Below the pieces are notes generated by a model, which was given only the letters and a program-made list of their open reading frames with translations, was not told the DNA's origin and made no database searches. A program made the translations under genes and the position numbers. From the IMG/VR virus record IMGVR_UViG_3300044609_000595, positions 1 to 64,000 of that record: a stretch of DNA of 64,000 nt; one strand, given 5' to 3'. The DNA is from a virus. Of this stretch, positions 18,825 to 26,899 are shown piece by piece; the first letter of the stretch is position 1; every line of letters begins with the position of its first letter.

Positions 18825-21133
18825 GCAACGGCATTCAAGTTAAAAAGCGTGACGGTTCGATTGAACCACTTAACCTAGATAAAATTCATCGTATGGTTGA
18901 GGAAGCTTGTGATAGTCTCGCTGGAGTTTCTGCCTCACAGGTAGAAATGAATTCGGGAATTCAATTTTATAATGGTATTACCACTGAAGAAATTCAAGAA
19001 ATTCTTATTCGTTCTGCTAGTGATCTTATCTCGTTAGATAATCCAAATTATCAATTTGTTGCAGCACGTTTACTTCTTTTTGCTCTGCGTAAGCAGGTAT
19101 TCAATAAAAATATTTGGAAAGAAGGAATGCCTAGCGTTTATGATGTAGCTCTTTATAATTCAACTATTCTTAAAGTATACGATGAAGAAATTCTAGATAA
19201 GTATAGCGATGAAGATTGGATTAAAATCAATGCTTGGGTAGACCATGATCGTGATTATCTGTTCTCATATGCTGGTCTTCGTCAAGTAGTAGATAAGTAT
19301 TTGGTACAGGATCGCAGTAATAGCGAGGTATTTGAAACACCTCAATACATGTACATGATGATTGCTGTTACTCTATTTGCTGATTATCCATTATCTTCTC
19401 GTTTAGATTACGTTCGCCGTTACTACAATGCCATCAGCAAGCACAAAATCAACATCCCCACGCCAATCATGGCGGGAGTCAGAACACCCCTTAGACAGTT
19501 TGCTAGTTGTGTTCTTATTGATAGCGATGACACCCTCAATAGCATCTTTAGCAGTGACATGGCTATTGGTCGCTACGTTGCTCAAAGGGCGGGCATCGGC
19601 ATCAACGCTGGCAGAATCCGTGGCGTCAACAGCAAGATCCGAGGGGGAGAAGTTGCTCATACAGGTGTTATCCCATTCCTCAAAAAGTTTGAATCAACTG
19701 TCAGATGCTGTACACAAAACGGGATTCGTGGTGGAAGTGCTACTGTCCACTTTCCAATCTGGCACCAAGAAATAGAAGACATTATTGTTCTTAAAAACAA
19801 CAAAGGAACGGAGGACAACCGTGTACGCAAACTCGATTATTCCATTCAGATCTCGAAAATCTTTTACGAAAGGTTCATTCAAAATGGAGAGATCAGTCTA
19901 TTTTCTCCCCATGATGTCCCTGGTCTTTATGATGCTTTCGGCACTGATGAGTTTGATAATTTGTATACCTCTTACGAATCAGATTCTTCAATCCCACAAA
20001 AGCGAATCGGTGCTCAAGAATTAATTCTTGATCTTCTTAAAGAACGTGCTGAGACTGGTCGTATTTACATCATGAATATTGACCATTGCAATACACACTC
20101 TTCTTTCAAAGACAAAGTTTACATGTCAAATCTGTGTCAAGAAATTACTCTTCCCACAGATCCGTTGGAACATATTGATGGCGATGGTGAGATTGCTTTG
20201 TGTATTCTTTCTGCTATCAATGTTGGTAAACTGAAGAACCTCGATGAACTAGAAGAACTATGTGACCTTGCTGTTCGTGGTTTGGAAGAATTGATTGATT
20301 ATCAAAACTATCCAATTAAAGCTGCTGAACTATCTACGAAGAATCGTCGTTCACTTGGCATTGGTTATATTGGTCTTGCTCATTATCTAGCTAAACATGG
20401 AGAACACTATGATGACCCAGGAGCATGGAAACTCGTCCACGACCTTACTGAAGCTTTCCAGTACTATCTGCTCAGAGCCTCAAATATCATTGCCCAGGAA
20501 AAAGGAGCATGTGGATATTTTGATAGAACAAAATATGCTGACGGCATTCTCCCAATCGACACTTATAAATCTGATGTAGATCAAATCGTACCTAATAACC
20601 TCAGCTATGATTGGGAAGAACTTAGAGCATCGATCTTGGCTCACGGTCTACGGCACTCAACACTGTCCGCACAGATGCCATCGGAGAGCAGTTCCGTTGT
20701 GTCAAACGAAACCAATGGAATTGAACCACCTAGAGATTACTTGTCCGTTAAGAAATCGAAGAAAGGACCACTCAAGCAGATTGTCCCATCTTACCAATCT
20801 CTTAAGAACAACTATACGCTTCTTTGGGATATGCCTAGCAACACTGGTTATATTAATATTGTTGCTGTTATGCAAAAGTTCTTCGATCAGGCAATCTCAG
20901 GTAACTGGTCGTATAATCCAGAAAATTATGCCGATAATGAAGTTCCTGTGTCAGTAATGGCCCAAGACTTCCTCAACACTTATAAGTATGGTTGGAAGAC
21001 TTCCTACTATCAGAATACTTATGATGCTAAGAAAGATGACATCAGTGATGAGAAATCAAAACAAGATGTTGAAGACATGCTCAATGATCTATTAAATCTA
21101 CAGGAGGATGATTGTGACAGTTGTAAAATTTAG
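18821..21133 (+). CDS. nrdA: Ribonucleotide reductase class Ia, alpha subunit
   Basis: ATP cone (VKKRDG), QFASCVL, SNLCQEI and C-terminal CDSCKI. Confidence 0.97.
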   Translation: MSNGIQVKKRDGSIEPLNLDKIHRMVEEACDSLAGVSASQVEMNSGIQFYNGITTEEIQEILIRSASDLISLDNPNYQFVAARLLLFALRKQVFNKNIWKEGMPSVYDVALYNSTILKVYDEEILDKYSDEDWIKINAWVDHDRDYLFSYAGLRQVVDKYLVQDRSNSEVFETPQYMYMMIAVTLFADYPLSSRLDYVRRYYNAISKHKINIPTPIMAGVRTPLRQFASCVLIDSDDTLNSIFSSDMAIGRYVAQRAGIGINAGRIRGVNSKIRGGEVAHTGVIPFLKKFESTVRCCTQNGIRGGSATVHFPIWHQEIEDIIVLKNNKGTEDNRVRKLDYSIQISKIFYERFIQNGEISLFSPHDVPGLYDAFGTDEFDNLYTSYESDSSIPQKRIGAQELILDLLKERAETGRIYIMNIDHCNTHSSFKDKVYMSNLCQEITLPTDPLEHIDGDGEIALCILSAINVGKLKNLDELEELCDLAVRGLEELIDYQNYPIKAAELSTKNRRSLGIGYIGLAHYLAKHGEHYDDPGAWKLVHDLTEAFQYYLLRASNIIAQEKGACGYFDRTKYADGILPIDTYKSDVDQIVPNNLSYDWEELRASILAHGLRHSTLSAQMPSESSSVVSNETNGIEPPRDYLSVKKSKKGPLKQIVPSYQSLKNNYTLLWDMPSNTGYINIVAVMQKFFDQAISGNWSYNPENYADNEVPVSVMAQDFLNTYKYGWKTSYYQNTYDAKKDDISDEKSKQDVEDMLNDLLNLQEDDCDSCKI

Positions 21134-22301
21134 AACCGAAGGTAACGAAATGTCTAAGCACATTGATGGCATGACAGTTTTCAATACAGAAAAAGTTAAC
21201 ACACTCAAACAACCGATGTTCTTTGGTGCCCCCTTGGGGGTCCAAAGATACGATCAGTTTAAGTATCCTGTATTTGATAAACTAACTCAGCAGCAACTTG
21301 GATATTTCTGGAGACCAGAAGAAGTTTCACTTCAGAAAGATCGAGCTGATTTTCAATCACTTCGTCCTGAACAAAAGCATATCTTTACAGCTAATCTGAA
21401 GTATCAGATTCTTCTTGATTCTGTACAGGGGCGTGGTCCTAGCATGGCATTCGCCCCATACTGTTCTCTACCTGAACTGGAAGCATGTATGAAGTCCTGG
21501 GAGTTCATGGAAATGATTCACTCTCGTTCATACACTTACATTATTAAAAATGTATATGCTGATCCTACTGAAGTATTTGATACCATTATTAATGACGATC
21601 AAATTCTTCAGCGAGCCCAAAGTGTAACAAAAGCATATGATGAATTCATTCAAGCTGCACAGGAATATTCTTCTGGCAATCAATGGCAACATCAATTAGA
21701 AGGTGTTGATGCTGCTAAGGATACTCTCTACGAACTTAAGCGTAAACTATACAGAGCGATTGCTAATGTAAATATTCTTGAGGGAGTTCGTTTTTATGTT
21801 TCGTTTGCTTGCTCGTTTGCTTTTGGTGAACTCAAACTCATGGAAGGCAATGCTAAAATTATTGGTTTGATTGCTAGAGATGAATCACAGCATCTTGTCA
21901 TCACTCAGAATATTCTAAAAAACTGGACAAATGGTGATGATCCAGATATGCAACAGATCGCTAAGGAAGAGGAGCAGACCATTTATCAAATGTTCCGTGA
22001 TTGTGTAGAGGAAGAAAAACTTTGGGCTGAGTATTTGTTCAAAGATGGTTCTATGATTGGCTTGAATGCTAAACTACTTCAGAAGTATGTTGAGTGGATT
22101 GCTAATCGTAGGCTAAAAGCAATTGGATTAAATGCAATCTTTGAAGCTCCTTTGAATAATAATCCGTTGCCCTGGACAGAGCATTGGTTAAATTCGAAGG
22201 GTATGCAAGTTGCTCCACAAGAAACAGAAGTTGAATCTTATGTGATTGGTAGTCTTAAACAAGATGTTAAAAAAGATACCTTTGCTGGATTCCAGCTTTA
22301 A
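21108..22301 (+). CDS. nrdB: Ribonucleotide reductase class Ia, beta subunit
   Basis: FWRPEEV, EMIHSRSY, DESQH and APQETE; start may be 21150. Confidence 0.97.
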   Translation: MIVTVVKFRTEGNEMSKHIDGMTVFNTEKVNTLKQPMFFGAPLGVQRYDQFKYPVFDKLTQQQLGYFWRPEEVSLQKDRADFQSLRPEQKHIFTANLKYQILLDSVQGRGPSMAFAPYCSLPELEACMKSWEFMEMIHSRSYTYIIKNVYADPTEVFDTIINDDQILQRAQSVTKAYDEFIQAAQEYSSGNQWQHQLEGVDAAKDTLYELKRKLYRAIANVNILEGVRFYVSFACSFAFGELKLMEGNAKIIGLIARDESQHLVITQNILKNWTNGDDPDMQQIAKEEEQTIYQMFRDCVEEEKLWAEYLFKDGSMIGLNAKLLQKYVEWIANRRLKAIGLNAIFEAPLNNNPLPWTEHWLNSKGMQVAPQETEVESYVIGSLKQDVKKDTFAGFQL

Positions 22302-22343
22302 AATATAATAGATAAATACCTCCAGTGATGGGGGTATTTTTTT

Positions 22344-22691
22344 ATGCGTGTACAATCAGCTAAAGCAAAAGGACGTAGATTACAGCAGTGGGTGAGAGAT
22401 AAACTCATTGAAATGCTTGATGTTCATCCAGAAGATATTGAAAGCAGATCTATGGGTGCTGGCGGCGAGGATCTTATTATGGCAAGAGCTGCCAGACAAA
22501 AGTTTCCCCATAGTATTGAATGTAAGAACGTTGAAAAACTAAATATTTGGGATGCCTATGAGCAAGCATCTGCCAACTGTGGTGACTACGAACCGCTTGT
22601 TGTCATCAAAAAGAATGGTAAGAAACCATTAGTTGTTATAGATGCAGAGTATTACATTCAATTATTCGGAGACAAAGATGACAAGAATTGA
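22344..22691 (+). CDS. PD-(D/E)XK endonuclease, Holliday-junction-resolvase-like
   Basis: KAKGRRLQ, GEDLI and IECKN. Confidence 0.7.
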   Translation: MRVQSAKAKGRRLQQWVRDKLIEMLDVHPEDIESRSMGAGGEDLIMARAARQKFPHSIECKNVEKLNIWDAYEQASANCGDYEPLVVIKKNGKKPLVVIDAEYYIQLFGDKDDKN

Positions 22692-23373
22692 TTTACATAA
22701 CTTCTTCAAACATTTTGATGAGAACAATCCAAAGCATGTTGCTGCAGTAGAGCAACTTGAGATTGATATGAAAGATTCTCCTCTACTTGAGGATACATCT
22801 AATTGGGTCAGAATTTATAGAACACAACCAGACAAACCAAAATCATCAATTCTTGTTGTGCCTTTCTATCCACAGACAGACAATTACAGAGATGCTGACC
22901 GCACTTGTAACAGTTCTTCTTGTGCGATGTGTCTCGAATATTTTAAACCAGGCACATTAAAAGGATCTAAGGGCGATGATGCTTATGTTCAAAAAGTATT
23001 TTCAATTGGAGATACCACAGATCACTTAGTTCAAACCCGTGCTCTTGCGTCGTATGGTATTAAATCCGATTTCTCTTATAGCCTTTCTTTTACTGATCTT
23101 GATAGAGAGCTTGCCGCTGGCAGACCTATTGTTATTGGTATTCTTCATAGAGGTTCTTTATCTGCTCCCACAGGCGGGCACATGGTAGTAGTTATTGGAA
23201 AGACTGCTTCTGGTGATTACGTCGTGAACGACCCCTACGGCAGCCTTAACGACGGCTATACTGGTTCGGTAGGGAATGGCAAGGGAGCTGTCTACAAACG
23301 CTCTGAGCTGGCTCGTAGGTGGTGCCCAGGAGGTAATGATGGATGGGGTAGAATCTTCGACGCAAAAAAGTAG
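22678..23373 (+). CDS. C39-like cysteine peptidase (endolysin N-terminal part)
   Basis: Q...CNSSSCAM, GGHMVVVIG and VNDPYG catalytic motifs; GGAG RBS before ATG 22678. Confidence 0.8.
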   Translation: MTRIDLHNFFKHFDENNPKHVAAVEQLEIDMKDSPLLEDTSNWVRIYRTQPDKPKSSILVVPFYPQTDNYRDADRTCNSSSCAMCLEYFKPGTLKGSKGDDAYVQKVFSIGDTTDHLVQTRALASYGIKSDFSYSLSFTDLDRELAAGRPIVIGILHRGSLSAPTGGHMVVVIGKTASGDYVVNDPYGSLNDGYTGSVGNGKGAVYKRSELARRWCPGGNDGWGRIFDAKK

Positions 23374-23858
23374 ATTCAACACCACAACACAATCAAAAAA
23401 TTCCTCAAAGTGGTGTTGATTTAATTAAAGAATTCGAGGGATGTCATTTACATTCATACCCAGATCCTAAAACTGGGGGAGACCCCATTACAATTGGGTG
23501 GGGAAGTACCAGAGATTTTAATGGAACTTCATTTAAACTTGGTAAAAAGATCACTCAAGAATATGCTGATAGACTTTTAATATTTGATATTGAAAATAGA
23601 TTTTTACCTACGTTAGAAAAAATTCCGTACTGGGGAGAGATGAATGACAATCAAAGGGGGACTTTACTTTGCTTTGCTTACAATCTTGGTGCAGATTTCT
23701 ATGGTTCTTCTGACTTCAATACTATTACACGGACATTAAAAAATAAAGAATGGTCTAAAGTACCTGATGCTCTTTATTTTTATAGAAATCCTGGTAGTAA
23801 TGTGGAAGCAGGATTAGCAAGAAGAAGAAAAGCTGAAGGAAAACTTTGGATAAGTTAG
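23370..23858 (+). CDS. GH24 phage lysozyme domain with no start codon, in the -1 frame of the C39 gene
   Basis: Manual translation gives IKEFEGCHLHSYPDPKTGGDPITIGWGST...FAYNLG...GLARRRKAE, continuous with ORF 23640..23858. Confidence 0.85.
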   Translation, partial: VDSTPQHNQKIPQSGVDLIKEFEGCHLHSYPDPKTGGDPITIGWGSTRDFNGTSFKLGKKITQEYADRLLIFDIENRFLPTLEKIPYWGEMNDNQRGTLLCFAYNLGADFYGSSDFNTITRTLKNKEWSKVPDALYFYRNPGSNVEAGLARRRKAEGKLWIS

Positions 23859-24100
23859 TCTTCCATCTTTGCTTTTAATCCAAGTAATGCTGTAAAGATA
23901 GTAAACAAAGCACTATACCCTTTATCTATAGAGTTCTCGCACTTTATAGATGGGGGGTTTTTTAATTTGCCTTTGGCATTGGCGCTTTCGATAGATCCAG
24001 GGACCATAAAATTACAATTAACAAAAGTAATTCCGACATATCCTACGGTACAAACTACAACGATGAGGATTAACTTGTCTAAAAGTTTAATGTTTTTCAT
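23855..24100 (-). CDS. Small membrane protein with two hydrophobic segments
   Basis: LILIVVVCTVGYVGITFV and ALFTIFTALLGL. Confidence 0.6.
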   Translation of the reverse strand: MKNIKLLDKLILIVVVCTVGYVGITFVNCNFMVPGSIESANAKGKLKNPPSIKCENSIDKGYSALFTIFTALLGLKAKMED

Positions 24101-24288
24101 CTTCCTTCTTGTTTGTGAATCCAAGTTTTCAACTCGTGTAAATATTGCCTAAGTTGATCTGCTTTTTGTAGATGCCAAATCTCACCACTCTTGAAATATT
24201 CTTGAGTGTGATTATCGATTGCTTTTAATGTGTTATGTATAGGAGCATTCCATGGCTCTCTAATCGGAGTATTCCACTCTCTTGGCAT
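24097..24288 (-). CDS. Hypothetical protein
   Basis: 63-aa ORF; CTAAATA late-like motif upstream on the minus strand. Confidence 0.6.
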   Translation of the reverse strand: MPREWNTPIREPWNAPIHNTLKAIDNHTQEYFKSGEIWHLQKADQLRQYLHELKTWIHKQEGR

Positions 24289-24328
24289 ATATTCGGTTTG
24301 CCGCCATCAATGATATTTAGGAGGGGGG

Positions 24329-24357
24329 TTGACAAAACCCTAAATACGTGTTATATT
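24329..24357 (+). promoter_or_regulatory. Sigma70-like promoter
   Basis: TTGACA N17 TATATT. Confidence 0.65.
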
Positions 24358-24361
24358 ATGA

Positions 24362-24483
24362 ATTCCTCACATGTGGGGATCACATCATGACAACGTGAGT
24401 GACAAATTTGTGCCCAGGAAGGTGCCCCCCGAGAGGGGCGGTGTACCCCCCTTCTATTGGGATGTAGAGTTCTATTCAATTAA
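24362..24483 (+). ncRNA. Candidate structured leader RNA upstream of the rlpA-like gene
   Basis: Nested stems CCCA/TGGG, GAAGG/CCTTC and GCCCC/GGGGC in a GC-rich intergenic island. Confidence 0.5.
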
Positions 24484-24846
24484 ATGCTTTTTAAAACTTT
24501 TTCGATTATCGCCATTGCCGCTGCAGGACTAGCACCCCTTCAAGCAAAGGCAGCGAGCGGATGTTCCCTCGCCTCTCATTATGGAATCGGTGATGGATAT
24601 CACGGGCAGACAACTGCCAATGGCGAAAGATACAATGCTTATGGAAAATCGGTAGCACATAAGTGGTTGCCATTCGGAACAAAGTTGAGAGTGACTAATC
24701 AACGAAATGGCAAATCTGTAATTGTGCGTGTGAATGATCGTGGTCCCTATGTAGGTGGTAGAGATCTAGATTTGTCTTATGGAGCATTTTCCACCATTGC
24801 AAATCCTGGACAAGGTGTAGCCAGCATCTGCTATTCACGGGTCTGA
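24484..24846 (+). CDS. RlpA-like DPBB lytic transglycosylase with signal peptide
   Basis: ASHYG, TANGERY, AHKWLPFGT, VRVNDRGPY and DLSYGAF. Confidence 0.9.
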   Translation: MLFKTFSIIAIAAAGLAPLQAKAASGCSLASHYGIGDGYHGQTTANGERYNAYGKSVAHKWLPFGTKLRVTNQRNGKSVIVRVNDRGPYVGGRDLDLSYGAFSTIANPGQGVASICYSRV

Positions 24847-24890
24847 TAACACCATAAATAATGGGGAGTGCTGCAGACCTCCCCTTCTTT

Positions 24891-25289
24891 ATGAACCTCA
24901 AACAAAAAACAATTAGGTTTGCCATCATCGGCATTACATTAACAACAATCGTAGCATCTCTTTCAAAATGTACAGGTATTGATGAGAAACATCTTTATGA
25001 CCTGTTTGATGAACTTCAAAGAAAGTATTTTCCAAATACTGAATTGAATGAATACATTATCAAAGATCCTAAACTTTTAGACAACAGAGTTAAGCGTGAC
25101 GTTGACAAAGCAATTGCTGAGTATGAACGCTTGACAGGAGACGATGGACGTGTTAGAATGCCATCGCCACGTTACTCAGAGAAACCAATCGACCTAGAAC
25201 TTCAAACTGGAGAATCTAGATTGCTTGGTGGAGAAATGAGACTATGTGCCCCATGGGTTGACAACTGCCCTAAGGGTGTGGTAAACTAA
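24891..25289 (+). CDS. Hypothetical protein with N-terminal hydrophobic segment
   Basis: ORF 24861..25289; the MNLKQK start is more plausible. Confidence 0.6.
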   Translation: MNLKQKTIRFAIIGITLTTIVASLSKCTGIDEKHLYDLFDELQRKYFPNTELNEYIIKDPKLLDNRVKRDVDKAIAEYERLTGDDGRVRMPSPRYSEKPIDLELQTGESRLLGGEMRLCAPWVDNCPKGVVN

Positions 25290-25296
25290 ACAAGTT

Positions 25297-25370
25297 GTCT
25301 CGGTAGCTCAGTTGGATAGAGCATCTGCCTTCTAAGCAGTTGGTCACAGGTTCAAGTCCTGTCCGAGACG
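25297..25370 (+). tRNA. tRNA-Arg (TCT)
   Basis: GTCTCGG/CCGAGAC acceptor stem; anticodon loop CTTCTAA. Confidence 0.95.
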
Positions 25371-25374
25371 CCTT

Positions 25375-25446
25375 GGGCGATTAACTCAGCGGTAGAGTGC
25401 CTCCTTTACACGGAGATGGTCACTGGTTCGAATCCAGTATCGCCCA
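25375..25446 (+). tRNA. tRNA-Val (TAC)
   Basis: GGGCGAT/ATCGCCC acceptor stem; anticodon loop TTTACAC. Confidence 0.95.
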
Positions 25447-25514
25447 TTACATTAATAAATAAACCATGGAAGAAATTCAAAATGAATTGAAAGATATCAA
25501 AAGGATGTTGAACG

Positions 25515-25769
25515 ATGTTAATAGTCAGATGCAAGAATTGCGGGAAGCAATTAGAGGAGCACCCTTCCCAACTCAGATGCTGCCAATGCCCCAACCTTAC
25601 GAGCATCCGTGGTGGCAATATCAGCGGAGTGGACCTGTCATTGGTAGAAATTATCAGTGGAGCCAAGTCCAAGCGTCAGGATCAATCAATCTTGACGAAA
25701 CAGGATCTACAGTTTCAGGAGCAGCGAAAGCAGCGTAAAGTTCGTAAATTGGATTTTGAAATAAGATGA
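25515..25769 (+). CDS. Small Cys-rich (zinc-ribbon-like) protein
   Basis: CKNCG...CCQCPN. Confidence 0.7.
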   Translation: MLIVRCKNCGKQLEEHPSQLRCCQCPNLTSIRGGNISGVDLSLVEIISGAKSKRQDQSILTKQDLQFQEQRKQRKVRKLDFEIR

Positions 25770-25878
25770 GACATTTGATTGTCACCATGATGGAGAACCC
25801 ACTATTAGTATCGCTAATGGGTTCTCTATTGATCATTCCCCCGATCTGTGGTATCATGATCATACATCGGAAACCTAA

Positions 25879-25952
25879 CGGAATGTAGCTCAGTTTGGTA
25901 GAGCACTCGCTTTGGGAGCGAGATGTCGCAGGTTCGAATCCTGTCATTCCGA
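25879..25952 (+). tRNA. tRNA-Pro (TGG)
   Basis: CGGAATG/CATTCCG acceptor stem; CTCGC-TTTGGGA-GCGAG anticodon arm. Confidence 0.95.
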
Positions 25953-25970
25953 TTGTCATTATGACATACC

Positions 25971-26165
25971 ATGATTGAAATCACACAAAAAGAATTTGAA
26001 GACAACTTCGATGCTTATATGGATCGAGTTGAAAAAGATAAAGAATTATTTTTAATTCGAATGCCCGATGGTCGTGGGGTTGTAATGACTCCAGTTGAAG
26101 ACGATCTAAAAGATTTATTTGACAATGTTATTGAGGAAAATTATGTCCCTGAAATCACAGATTGA
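25971..26165 (+). CDS. Phd/YefM antitoxin-like small protein
   Basis: ITQKEFEDNFDAYMDRVE...FLIRMPDGRGVVMTP resembles the Phd N-terminal fold. Confidence 0.5.
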   Translation: MIEITQKEFEDNFDAYMDRVEKDKELFLIRMPDGRGVVMTPVEDDLKDLFDNVIEENYVPEITD

Positions 26166-26385
26166 AACAGCAAAAGATTCTGTAAGTAAAGCACTTATTA
26201 CAGCACTTCAAGATAAAAACGAAACTGCCGTCAGTGATTTGTTTGATGCTTATAATAAACTTGTAAGTATTCAAATTACCGAAACAAATAAAACTGTATT
26301 TTCTATTGGTGATTATACTATTCCCACCAATTATTATGGCAGTTCTATGAGTGATGATGTAATTTCATTCACTGGTCTGGGCTAG
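26143..26385 (+). CDS. Hypothetical protein
   Basis: MSLKSQIE start with GAGG RBS. Confidence 0.6.
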   Translation: MSLKSQIETAKDSVSKALITALQDKNETAVSDLFDAYNKLVSIQITETNKTVFSIGDYTIPTNYYGSSMSDDVISFTGLG

Positions 26386-26429
26386 ACTTTAAACTTGCTC
26401 TGGTGGAGTCAACTTACCCTCTGTAGATT

Positions 26430-26630
26430 ATGCTGGCAGTTAATATGAGATTTGTCGAAGAACTCGACAATGAAGATAAAGTGATTACTTATTACAGCGT
26501 GAAAGAGATTGACAAAAAATTCTACTACGTGTATAATGATGTCAATCACGGTCCTTACGAGGACTTTGATGCTGCTGTTGAAGCAGCTTATGAAGATTTA
26601 ATTCTTCATTTAGACATGGAGAGTCTCTAA
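26430..26630 (+). CDS. Hypothetical acidic protein
   Basis: 66-aa ORF containing an internal consensus promoter. Confidence 0.5.
   Translation: MLAVNMRFVEELDNEDKVITYYSVKEIDKKFYYVYNDVNHGPYEDFDAAVEAAYEDLILHLDMESL
26509..26537 (+). promoter_or_regulatory. Perfect sigma70 consensus promoter
   Basis: TTGACA N17 TATAAT, upstream of the manA-like RNA, tRNA-Gly and the porin. Confidence 0.75.
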
Positions 26631-26778
26631 AAACCCTGGTCGGGAAACCCCCTCGATGAGTTTCCAATTTCTCTAAAAAATTGGTGGTGCGGATGGGGAA
26701 TTCTTTCTCCGCCTGGTTTCTTGCTTCCAGTCAAAAAGCAAGTGGCGAGCCTGCTCACGGGGACTGACCTCCCCACCC
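26612..26778 (+). ncRNA. manA-like RNA motif
   Basis: Two tandem H-type pseudoknots (GAG/CTC with CCAATT/AATTGG; CTGG/CCAG with CTTGCT/AGCAAG), each followed by TGGYG, next to a tRNA. Family assignment is from memory. Confidence 0.7.
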
Positions 26779-26779
26779 T

Positions 26780-26851
26780 GCGGTTGTAGTTCAGTGGTAG
26801 AACGCTATCCTTCCAAGTTAGATGTCGCCCGTTCGAATCGGGTCAGCCGCT
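26780..26851 (+). tRNA. tRNA-Gly (TCC)
   Basis: GCGGTTG/CAGCCGC acceptor stem; anticodon loop CTTCCAA. Confidence 0.92.
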
Positions 26852-26899
26852 TGCCCATTTTTTGGGCAGATTAAACTTATAGTTAATGTTAAGAATACT

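Noticed and set aside
8312-22301. Introns or inteins in gp43, gp41, nrdA and nrdB (psbA also checked)
   Set aside because: All are uninterrupted and of normal length.
25466-25738. 90-aa ORF overlapping the Cys-rich ORF
   Set aside because: The alternative frame 25515..25769 has the convincing CxxC pattern. Dual coding is unsupported, though not excluded.
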